DNA of 63,999 nucleotides, filler included, from Circinaria calcarea (lineage: Eukaryota): the NCBI GenBank assembly GCA_051942165.1. It is 5 parts of 5 records of this genome, joined end to end, with 100 filler letters (N's around TTAATTAATTAA, not from the genome) between each part and the next. Parts side by side here need not be neighbours in the genome. Positions count along the whole stretch, not along the records: positions 1 to 12,967 come from JAVECS010000532.1; 4 more parts are not named here. One strand, 5' to 3'. The position numbers and the translations under genes are program-made. Numbering within the stretch: the first letter of the stretch is position 1; each line of letters begins with the position of its first letter. Shown piece by piece: positions 1-9,771 of the stretch. Below the pieces are notes generated by a model. That model saw only the letters and a program-made list of their open reading frames with translations, did no database searches and was not told the DNA's origin.

Positions 1-290
1 TTTATTATGAATTTATAAGTGAATAATTATAACGTAAGTGGCAGAGATTTACTTTCGTAATAGTATTATTTTAAGTTACTTATCTAATTACATGCGCTGT
101 CGCTGCTGCCATAGTAATTACTATGGTAGAAATGACAAAAGCTGGTGTGCGCGAGTCGCAAAGAGATTTTGGTTTTCCAAAAAAAAAATTCCGAAAAAAA
201 ATTTCGAAAAAATTTGATGTTGCACTAACGTTAATCCATGCCACCGTAGTAAAGGACTTTTATAAAAAAAAATTTTTTTTTTTTTTTTCC
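1..290. other. AT-rich contig end with A/T tracts and an 18-bp perfect palindrome (CCATAGTAATTACTATGG, 109-126); probable degenerate transposon terminus
   Basis: Very low GC at 1-90, runs of A and T at 178-290, palindrome read directly; no credible ORF. Confidence 0.4.
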
Positions 291-417
291 CGCTTTAAGC
301 TCCGCAATGTTCTGCGGAACCAGCTGAGAGTCCGTGTTTTCCACTCACGATATAAGTAGTTCCGGAGGCTCTTTAAGTAACGAAGTTTTTCCGTCGTACC
401 GGGCCTGTTACCTTAGA

Positions 418-480
418 CTGTATGTATCCATCCCCTGTTTGTATCCATCCCCTGTCTGTATCCATCCCCTGTATATATAC
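418..480. repeat. Short imperfect tandem repeat (TGTATCCATCCCCTGT-like, ~3 copies) upstream of the first gene
   Basis: tgtatccatcccctgt recurs at ~423, ~440 and ~457. Confidence 0.7.
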
Positions 481-559
481 ATCCCCCTTTATATTCCTTT
501 TGTCAATCGGTCCTACACAATCCTTTACCTCTTTCACCATCGCCATCGATATATCCAAA

Positions 560-1642
560 ATGCAATTCAAAGGCTTTGAATACGGCAGCGCATTCGTGCT
601 TCTTGCTTCCTTTATCAACTCCTGCTCTCAATTATGCACTGCCTCGGTAATCGTCGCATCCCAGCGCACTTCAGCTCAGCTACCAGCCTCGCCATTTTTC
701 TCCTTCCCTGCGGGGTATCAAGCAGAAAACATAAGACCTAGAGTAAACGGCCAGATCCTCATCACCGTTAATACGGCACCAGAATTATACCAGATAAATC
801 CTTTGCGTAAGCAGACCGGCGGCCTCGTGCACCGCTTCGAAGGCTATAAAAGCTTATTCGGCATCGTCGAATCGCAGCAAGACGTGTTCTATATCCTTGC
901 TGGTAATTTCTCTGGTTCGCCGGATTTTTACGGCTTTGAAAACTCCTGGAGTGTTTTTAGACTCGACCTCCGCGGTATCCCGGACCCGACTGTCGCTCAA
1001 AGCGCAGTAAAGGTCTCGAAGGTCGTCGATATTCCTCAAGCGCAGCTATTAGATGGTTTCGCTATGATAAATCAGCCGGCCGGTCTCCTGATGACCGGTG
1101 ATTCGCAGACAGGGAGGCTTTATTTAATCGACGTGCAGAGAAATACAGCAGCTGCTGTGCTCCAAGACGAGCTTTTGAACGGCACCAGCCAGGAGCGGGC
1201 CGCCTCACTCGCTCACGTGGGCATCAATGGCATAAAATTCCACGATACCAACCTTTACTTTACAAATACAGCCAAGGGCCTCTACGGAATGGTCCCTATT
1301 AACACTACCTCTGGCAGGCCGGTAGGCAGACCCTCGGTCCTTGCAAACTACGGAACCTACACCGATGACCTAAGCTTCGATCTCCTGGGAAACCAGTTCA
1401 TCTCCGAGCCGCTGAATGGTGTTGTACTGAGGCCGGTCGGCACCACATCTACGAACAATCAGACACGGCTATTGGCAAAGCTGTACGGAGCCAACTCGAA
1501 TGCATTCGGCAGAACATCGATTGATAGGTGTGTCTTGTACTCGACATTCGACGGAGCTCTCTCTGGGCTTGCAAGGATCGATACCAAGGCGGAGGGTTTC
1601 TGCGATGGCGGAAACTCGGTGTCAAGGATAGCAAGCGCATAA
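560..1642 (+). CDS. Secreted six-bladed beta-propeller protein (SMP-30/gluconolactonase-like; resembles the AsR5/EupF hetero-Diels-Alderase-like family)
   Basis: Intronless 360-aa ORF from ATG 560 with a hydrophobic N-terminus (SAFVLLASFINSC). Motifs AENIRPRVNGQILIT, PELYQINP, SLFGIVE, YILAGNFS, GINGIKF..LYFTNT, DDLSFD. Several N-glycosylation sequons (NFS, NGT, NTT, NQT). Confidence 0.75.
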   Translation: MQFKGFEYGSAFVLLASFINSCSQLCTASVIVASQRTSAQLPASPFFSFPAGYQAENIRPRVNGQILITVNTAPELYQINPLRKQTGGLVHRFEGYKSLFGIVESQQDVFYILAGNFSGSPDFYGFENSWSVFRLDLRGIPDPTVAQSAVKVSKVVDIPQAQLLDGFAMINQPAGLLMTGDSQTGRLYLIDVQRNTAAAVLQDELLNGTSQERAASLAHVGINGIKFHDTNLYFTNTAKGLYGMVPINTTSGRPVGRPSVLANYGTYTDDLSFDLLGNQFISEPLNGVVLRPVGTTSTNNQTRLLAKLYGANSNAFGRTSIDRCVLYSTFDGALSGLARIDTKAEGFCDGGNSVSRIASA

Positions 1643-1809
1643 CATACGTCGTTGGAGTCAATATGGAGGCTTTTCATCCATTTCTTCAAGTATACCAAGG
1701 CTCTCTGTAGTATTAGCCACCAGAAATGAATTGTTTGTTAGGCTCGATGAGTTTATCGGTTTCGAGAAAGAGCTAAAATTTCGTCTAATTGATTAATCTA
1801 TGCTTGCTT

Positions 1810-3206
1810 TCAATCCATATGTGGGTATGGCCATCCAATAATTCCGCCAGTCATTTGCTGGCCTGCCTGGATTTCCTGCGCCTGTGCTTTTAGCTCATCA
1901 ACGTCCCAGTTCGCCCACACTACTCTGCCTTTCAGGAAACTGGCCTCCGGGCTGGCCAGCCACACAATAAAGTGTGCAGGTAACTGAACTATAAAAAAGC
2001 AACGTTAGTATAAAATTCTCCAAGGCCTTGGATGAAGTTCACTCTCCAAGTAAGCTTGCAGAAAAGAGCCAGAGAAGTTCCCAACACGCCACCCACCCCA
2101 CCCCATTAGTTAGATAGGGATGCTCCAGGACACTTTGGGTGATTTTCTAGGGGTTTCACATAATGGGCTCCATAGCGTTATCTGGTAGACCCGAAGATTG
2201 GCGAGCTTCATAGTTTCATGGGAGGACGACTTATTCTAGGATCCAGTCTATCACAACCCCACATGGCTATCTGGGGTAACACGGGGTTAAGGTATACCCC
2301 ACCCTACCTCGGAAGCTTAGGGTGGGTACGAGACTTGAAGCAGAGAGAAGTGAAGAACGAAAAGGAGTTATGTTGAAAGTATTAATCACCTTGATCCATT
2401 GGCATGGCATTGGCCTGCCCTCCACTTTTCACAAACATGGCCGTCTCAACCATACCTGGGTGCACACTCGCAACGAAGATATTCGGATTCTCCGCCGCTA
2501 GAAACTCCAGAAATTTGACCTGCGCCAGTTTGGAGCTGATATACGCCGAGAGCCCAGGCAGCATTGCTGGCGGAAGACCAGTCATACCAGTGGTCACTCC
2601 GAGTATCGTGGCGTGGGAGGGATTCGCAGTAGGGAGGAATGTTTTTGTGGTTATCATGGTGCCCTTCACATTCGTCTGGCGAAAAGAATTAGTTAGCAGG
2701 CAATAAGACATACTCGGTCCTGCAGGAAATGCACCTCAAAGCTTTGGCACCAATCATCTACAGGTGCCTGCGCTACTGGGGCAGGATTGGATAGGAATCC
2801 AGCATTCAAAACCAGAATATCCCAAGTCCCTACAGCAGCAGCAATATCTTTCAATGCCTTCTCATCAGTGATGCTAACCGGGTGGATAGAGCAGTTCGCA
2901 TTGTTTGGCGTTAAATGATTCTTCGTTTCTGTGAGATTGGCTTCGTTACGACCTAGGAGAACAAGGTGCTTTACACCGGCGCTCATAAAGGCAAAGGCAG
3001 TTTCCCGCCCAATGCCGCTCCCCTTTTGGTGATGTTAGTGAGTGTTCTCAGTATTATATCAAGGGTTATGGCAAGAGCTAGGACCCTACTGCGCCGGTTA
3101 GAACAACAGTCTTGCCAGCAACGCTCAGTTCAGGCCGTGAAGGCGAAATTGCTGGATATGTATCGTTATGCCACGTTGGCGTCGCTGACGGGAAAGGCGG
3201 CTTCAT
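1810..3206 (-). CDS. Short-chain dehydrogenase/reductase (classical SDR), 4 exons
   Basis: [44 protein letters not shown] (Rossmann TGxxxGxG across an intron), LNAG, catalytic [13 protein letters not shown], final exon [29 protein letters not shown]...GWPYPHMD*. Confidence 0.9.
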
Positions 3207-4762
3207 GATGTTCTTTTGTTCGTTTCTCGAATGCTGAAATATACACTTGAGAATTCTCCAGGGAACGGAGCCCTACTGAGGGGTTCGAGCTTTGAAGATA
3301 TGAGACAGCTGTGATGCATTGAGGTATTAAGGAACGTTTACTTGTTCTTTTGCAGGCCAGTTCTTAGGAAGTGCCTGAAACCTCTACCCAACTTGCAATG
3401 GGTTCGATTTGCTGCGCCTGGTCGATACATCGGATGAGTGATGATCCGGAGATCTAATGCGAACTTTTTATCTTCCAATGGTAAGCTGCATATCGCTTTG
3501 TAAATGCCTCATCGAACAAATATGTGAAGAGCTGCAGGTATGACTGTGCCGTTTGGCCCGAACATTTGGATGCTCTTGATTCCGCTGTTTCTACAAGGTT
3601 TGCATTGCCGTGAAAGTGCAGTCTCGGAAGCAATCACAATCTTGCAGGGGCATGCAAACGGTGCTACCTTGATGGAGATGTTGACTACCTTTAGTATGAA
3701 CCATTGACTTCATGTGTGGCGGGAATTTTCCCGCGCGGGCGGCCTGGATAGGTCTGCTGATGTGTCGCGCCGCTCAGCCGTTAATCACAAGCCGATCCAG
3801 ACTCAGGAGATGTTAGTGTAATCTGCAGCACAGCGGCTCGGGTCGATCCTAGCGTGGATTGGAAAATTTTCCGAGTGGCGGGATTACAGCTCCGCATCAA
3901 TTGGAAGCTGCAAATCTTATGCCACGGGTCAACCTGATGTGTCAAGGTACGGTATGTGCCCTGATACTTGCAGATCGTACTAACTGCTGTTTCCCGTCCA
4001 GCTACGGTACCCACCACGATTGGCCCTCGAGCCGCCCGCTAAGGCTCCCCGAGTACCTTATCTTGAACTGCTGAGGACGGGACGAGGGTACGTGTTGTTC
4101 GTTGCATACATGCTAAACAGGAAGGCCAAGAGCGCAGGGAGCCCTTACTCGGTTTAACCACCAGCACATACTTATGCATATTGTGGTAGACCAAGCAATG
4201 CCGAATGACGGGTCCGTGGCTTCTACGGAGTACCATTTCTATATTGGGCATAGCTCCGTTACAGCCCATAAATATTCCAGTCATGAACTTCTTATGCAGT
4301 CGATCTGCTCCACTCCCTATGTATGTTATTGTGTGCCTCTTAGTTGCAAGATCCCTGTTGGAGTCTCGAGCGCTATTATATTTCTGTGGGCACCGGCACA
4401 GCAACGGCATAGTAGTTGAAATTTGCTCATTATACAGCATGCATGAGCTGAAGAGCCGAGATAAAGCTGAACCGATAAAGTATAAGCATGTTAATCTGTT
4501 CACGCCGTTAAAGATAGCCTCTATTGAATTGGCTATACCGGATTCGACGAGGCTATCCAGACAGTTGTTCCAACCCCTCTCTTTCTATCGCCAGATAGCC
4601 TGCTCAGGTGATGCACTTCTCGGTCTCGATGGATTACACCTACGCTATGCTGTGGTGTGTTTTATTTCATAATTAAAGCATCAAAGCTACAAGAAGAGCT
4701 AAAGTTGTCACGATTCCCATAATAATTAATCCTTTGGCGCAACTCAGAATATCCGTCAAGCA

Positions 4763-5704
4763 ATGTTTCTTCCGCGCCGAGATTTGATGAAGAAACTGGC
4801 ATTCCATCTTCATTCGGTTTGGCTATTTACATTCAGCGACCTCAAAACAATCGTCTTCCCCAGCACGGCTTGCGGCCTTTTCAATGGCATCGCCATCTCT
4901 TTAGCCAACGCCCACACATCCCCCTCACATGATCACCTTTCTTCATACCACCAAATCCTCAGCAGAACTCCCCTGTTACTCTTCTGGGTCTGGGTGAATC
5001 TTCTCCCTTTCGCTATCGACAATCAACGGCAGACTGAAGCCATTCAAGAGGACTCGCTAAACAAGCCTTGGCGGCCTCTTCCTTCTCGAAGAATATCACC
5101 AGAATCTGCCAAGTGGTTAATGCTTATATTTTACTTCGCCGCCGTTGTATTCAGTTATTATCTCGGCAATCTGACTCAATGCTTAACGTTGGTAGTATTT
5201 GGACATTGGTACAACAATCTCCGTGGCGCCGACGGAGGCTTTCTATTACGAAATTTCATCAACGCATGCGGTTTTATCTGTTTCTCCTCAGGGGCCACGC
5301 AACTTGCAATTGGCGAGGGCGCATCTGCGCTCCAGCTCCTTGGATGGTGGTTTTTCGCCATCGCGTGCATAGTCTTGAGCACCGTTCAGACGCAGGATAT
5401 GTATGACCAACGAGGTGACGCTGCTAGGAACCGCAAGACGATACCGCTTACAATAGGCGATACGGCTGCCCGGTGGACGATTGCGATTCCGATGGTCGTG
5501 TGGTCTTGGGTGACGCCTTTCCTGTGGACATCTTCAACAATTGGATATGTTGCGCCCGTAACACTTGGGTTAACCGTTGCGGCGAGGACTTTGACAAAGA
5601 GAAGTGAAAAAGAAGACAAGAACACATTTCGGCTTTGGAATATATGGCTGGTTACGGTGTATCTATTGCCGTTGATCAAGGCGTCGGAGATCTCCTTTGA
5701 TTAA
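4763..5704 (+). CDS. UbiA-superfamily membrane-bound terpene cyclase/prenyltransferase (Fma-TC / beta-trans-bergamotene synthase-like)
   Basis: Intronless 313-aa multi-TM ORF. WLFTFSDLKTI, LPFAIDNQRQ..AIQEDSLNKPWRPLPSRRIS, WYNNLRG and QTQDMYDQRGD..RNRKTIP are the two Asp/Asn-rich Mg-binding motifs of fungal UbiA-type cyclases. Confidence 0.85.
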   Translation: MFLPRRDLMKKLAFHLHSVWLFTFSDLKTIVFPSTACGLFNGIAISLANAHTSPSHDHLSSYHQILSRTPLLLFWVWVNLLPFAIDNQRQTEAIQEDSLNKPWRPLPSRRISPESAKWLMLIFYFAAVVFSYYLGNLTQCLTLVVFGHWYNNLRGADGGFLLRNFINACGFICFSSGATQLAIGEGASALQLLGWWFFAIACIVLSTVQTQDMYDQRGDAARNRKTIPLTIGDTAARWTIAIPMVVWSWVTPFLWTSSTIGYVAPVTLGLTVAARTLTKRSEKEDKNTFRLWNIWLVTVYLLPLIKASEISFD

Positions 5705-5912
5705 AATCAATATATTCTATGCTTTTACGGCGATTCGGATTGTATAGACACTTTTGAATAGAATTATTTATATGCGAAAACTTAGTCATTTCTTCCGAGG
5801 TTTATTGTTTATAAGCTCTATGTTATTTTGAGGGAAACTAATTTGATATTTCTAACTATTATAATTAAATCAACATATCGAGCAGATTATGGCTTCGGGT
5901 TTTTCTATCGTC

Positions 5913-6663
5913 TCAAATTGCATAGAGTCTGGCATGGTACAACTCCGTGTGCCTGATGTCCCTAATCCCCAGCAAGTGATGAATATTCTCCTTGAAATCA
6001 TCACTGTTCGAAAAGCGCGTGTGTGCTTCCACATCGACCCATCCTACGAGATTCAGAAAGACTCTGGCCTTTTCCTCTTCATTCGCCTGAGCTCCAGGGT
6101 TTGGCACCTCTTCCAGCGCCCATCCATCGTAAACAGCCAGCGCCTCCGAACGCTCCATAACAGGCCGCATCTTGTCGACAGATGACATGATAGCATCTTT
6201 GTCAGCGTTGGCAGGAAAGTAAAAGAAGACAATTTCAGTGGCGCCGACTTTGCTATTGGCACCGAGGGCGGGAGATGGGTTCCCAGAGGGAGCAAAAGCA
6301 ACATGGAGAACAGTAACCGATTTTTCGTCCTTGATGATAGCTCGCAGATTGTTGACGTGTGTTTCGTAGCCGCTGTTTATCCGGTCTATTAGCTATCATG
6401 ATATAGTAGCAACACCCTCAATAGACCTCGGCTTACGCTGAGCTCATGAAATTCTTATGGTCTTCGAAAGAGTCCCACCCAACGAAGATGATAGCCATCT
6501 CAGGCTTCTCGATCAACTGGCCAAAGTATGCATAAAGTGCCCCCTTGGCAGTAAGCTCTGATACAAGGCATTGGCGAATCACTTTTCCAGCTGGTGAGCT
6601 AGGATTGATCAGACTGTTTTCGACATCGTCATTGAGCTGGAAGGTTACGATTTCGGTGATCAT
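5913..6663 (-). CDS. ABM/Dabb (dimeric alpha+beta barrel) domain protein, 2 exons, ~225 aa
   Basis: Exon 1 MITEIVTF...YFGQLIEKP...IFVGWDSFEDHKNFMSS, GTAAG intron (~6437-6374), exon 2 GYETHV...ATEIVFFYFP...GWALEE...LVGWVDVEAHTRF. Tandem W-x-S/D-x-E-x-H motifs are typical of duplicated ABM-like fungal proteins. Confidence 0.8.
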
Positions 6664-7011
6664 TTCTGTGGAGTATAAGCAGCGGTTGATGTCGGATAAG
6701 CTAAATTTAAGGTGTCAAGGATCCTCAAACCCAAATTCAACTAGTGGAGACTGTCTGATAAATAATATCAAGCAGAAAATGAAATAGACATATGCGGAGC
6801 ATATTTACAAAAGCCATGACCGATAAAGAAAGAATGATCTTCAGGGTTCAAGCTCTAGGTAGTGTAACCTGACAAGGAGCGTCTAGACTGCTGGTGAGGC
6901 GCGGATCGCTCTGCTTTCAATAATCGCTAAGCCCCCCACTAACACCTGCAGGGAGTCTTGATAGTTTACGCAAATCGGCAGGGGCCGACTTCATAGTTCC
7001 ATATGCCCAAG

Positions 7012-7140
7012 TACAACAGAGTTCGTTTTTAATCTCCGGACGCCGGGATTAAAATAGCAGGGTTTTCCTATAGGGGTACAGCAGTACCCCGCTATAATTT
7101 TGGTGAGGGTGTCCGGAGATTAAAAACGACCCCCCTTGTA
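7012..7140. mobile_element. 125-bp MITE, Tc1/mariner-like (TA target duplication)
   Basis: Perfect 19-bp inverted repeat TCGTTTTTAATCTCCGGAC (7023-7041 / 7111-7129), outer TACAA...TTGTA ends, internal hairpin GGGGTAC-AGCA-GTACCCC. Confidence 0.75.
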
Positions 7141-7304
7141 GCAAAACACGAGATTACTTCGCTAGTTCATGGGTGGAAGCGTAAATTGTGCATAAATTCC
7201 TCGCATAATTAAATTGCACTCAGCTTTTGTTCATCTTGCGTCCTTTGATTTATTTAAAAATTCATTTTATCTACTTGATGATCTCGTCTCTACACACCAA
7301 GCAC

Positions 7305-8564
7305 CTATTGTTTCTGCGCCTCACTGTAAACCTGAACATCATGCTGAACCGTAATAACATGTTGGTCACTTATCCAAGATTCGTTTTCCTCTGAGGTAGG
7401 AGGAAGTCCGTTTGTCGTTCTGGCGATGCTGAAGTTCTTACCCTCCTCAAGCTCGAGAAGAGAACCTGTGCCCAGGGCACTAAACTGCTTTTTCTTGAAG
7501 GGCCGCGATCCTGAACTGCCGATCGTGTGCCGAGCTTCCTTAAGTTGCCTCCGTACGGTAGGCTTTTTTGGAACTCCTCGGATTTTTGAGGCGAATGGTT
7601 TGAGGTATTTTGAGAACAAAGGCACAAGAGTGGGCAAACAAGCGATAATAATGCCGAGCCAGAGCTCAAGGTGGCTCGCAACACCTATATTGCCCAACCC
7701 GTAAACAAAGTCGGCCTTAGTGAGAGATGCGACAGTGATTTGGATTCTCCATCCCATAACCGCAACAACTCTATCGAAAGACATTAGTTGAACATGGAAA
7801 CAATCATTTCATAATAAATGGTAAACTTACAAGAGACCAAGACCGAATAAGCCACTAATAGCGATTTTTTTGCTGGTCCGCATTTGGAGCCTCCATAATG
7901 GCGGCATTGGTAAAATCACAATGATAGTGTCAATTACCATATTCCCGCTAACTGAAAGAATTTGCTCAGTAGTCACCGGCTTACAATATCCGCCTGGAAC
8001 TGGATTCCAGGAGTATGAAATTGGGTGGCAATTGGTAATAAAAACGCAAATAAATGAAATAGCATAGCATGAGATTAGGAACATCACAATCCGTGCAACA
8101 AGCTTGAATATCTTTGTTGTGAAAATGCATGTGTACAGCCAGAGAATCGAAAGCTTAGCAAAGGTTGTTGCAACGAGCCACGAGATACCAACGCCAAGCA
8201 GAATCTAAAAGATATTAAATCAGTTCAGTCATTATACATGGTTGCAGTATATTACCCTGTATTGCACGCCAAGCTCATACTGGGTGAGCTCTGAAGTGTG
8301 GGCACCAAGACCATTGGCAATTCCCCACCAGGTAAGACATTCCGTTGCAAGAGTGCTGATCTTAACTTTTAATAAGCAATGCATTCATAGAGATTTTTGT
8401 TCTGCCACACTTACGTATGCGACAACAATCAAGTAATCATCTGGGCGAAGAGGCCGATCTGTGATCTTGATGGCCCAAAATCGAAGTGCAATGACCAATG
8501 TTATAATAATGGTGAAAATTACCAGCCATATTATGAGTGAGATACCTTGACGGCTTAGCAGCAT
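7305..8564 (-). CDS. Pth11-like / SAT4-family 7-TM integral membrane protein (fungal rhodopsin-like domain), 4 exons
   Basis: ALRFWAIK...LRPDDYLIVVAY, FAKLSILWLY, CHPISYSWN...GYC, DTIIVILPMPPLWRLQM..KKIAISGLFGLG, LELWLGIIIACLPTL. Confidence 0.9.
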
Positions 8565-9771
8565 TGCGACGGATAAACTGTAAGTATTCTTAAGACGACA
8601 AATAAGGCCAGCGAAGATATAATCACGTCTAAGGCGAGGAGCCCTTTTTATAAACCAATAATGCCAATAGCAATTTGAGAACAAGGGTCGCAATGAATTA
8701 AGTAAGACTGCAATATGGTGTGGTCCAACGTGGCAAAGATCCAACATACGATACTCCTTCACAACATCGCCAAGAATGTAGTTAAATACAATACATCGAA
8801 TTTGCACTACATTATACTATTTGTACAGCGTATCGAGGTGCATTGACAACGTAATAATGCGCACTACTGGCGCAGGTTCAACGCATGAATAGGATACCTT
8901 ATTGTAGCCATTACTCCGTAATAAACCCAACCATTGATTTGTCGTGCTACTTCGGCTCCTAACGATACATCCGTGGCAGGCAAGCTAGACTGGAGTAAGC
9001 AGCTGATATCCATTTCCGGAATGCATGGGATTCTCTCACACCACCTCAAAGAATAGACCTGGAATACGCGGGCAGTGCAAGCTGGCTAATCACAAACCCA
9101 GGTCCCGCAAGGCTACGGTTCGGCTCAGACGTTCCAGCTAACGGTGATTGGTTCTAAACGATTGGCCGCCACTCACTATAATAAATCCGGGACGTTCCTT
9201 CAAGACCGGGGGTCTGCAATCATCGCCTATTTTACGCGCCCGGAAATATCCGCTCAGCCCTCGGCCACTAATTGCGGAAATTTGTTTGACAGGGTTTCAT
9301 CCCCACATCCATCTTGATGTGCAACCTGGGAGCTTTCCTAGTCACAAGATCTCTGAACCTCTCCCAGGAAAATGCAAAGCCGCTTCACACCTTTTGGAAT
9401 ATGTATATCACTAGGGAGAGCAAAGGATGCGTGGGCTGATCGGATATTGCGTGGCACGTACTCCGTAATTTAAGGCGAGAACTGCCCAAAAATGTGTGCC
9501 ACGAAATACCCGATCAGCACCTCAACCCTTAACAGCTTCCATCCAGCACTTCTCCAGCTTGTCGTCGCTCTCGTTGTTGAAGGCCGAGACACTGAGTGCC
9601 GCTTGTTCTTACTCTAAACCTTCTGCTAATGGATCGAAACCCACGTCTAACTGCAATGCGAGGATAATCCATATCCTCCCTACAGAGAGTGGTTATACAT
9701 ACCAAGCCGGCCCTATCTCCTTCGCCACGACAAGCCAAACGCAGCGGTCATATTGACTGGTTACCAAAATA

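Noticed and set aside
3781..4672. Overlapping 70-155-aa ORFs between the SDR and the terpene cyclase
   Set aside because: No motifs, non-ATG starts or random composition; best read as the divergent promoter region
7195..7211. 17-bp exact match AATTCCTCGCATAATTA with 43110-43126
   Set aside because: One AT-rich 17-mer match in 64 kb is near chance expectation; flanking similarity is too weak to call a repeat family
4223..9468. TACTCCGTA/TACGGAGTA motif in cluster intergenic regions (~4223, ~8913, ~9459) as a cluster-specific TF site
   Set aside because: Also present on unrelated contigs (~13745, ~52388), so not specific to the cluster
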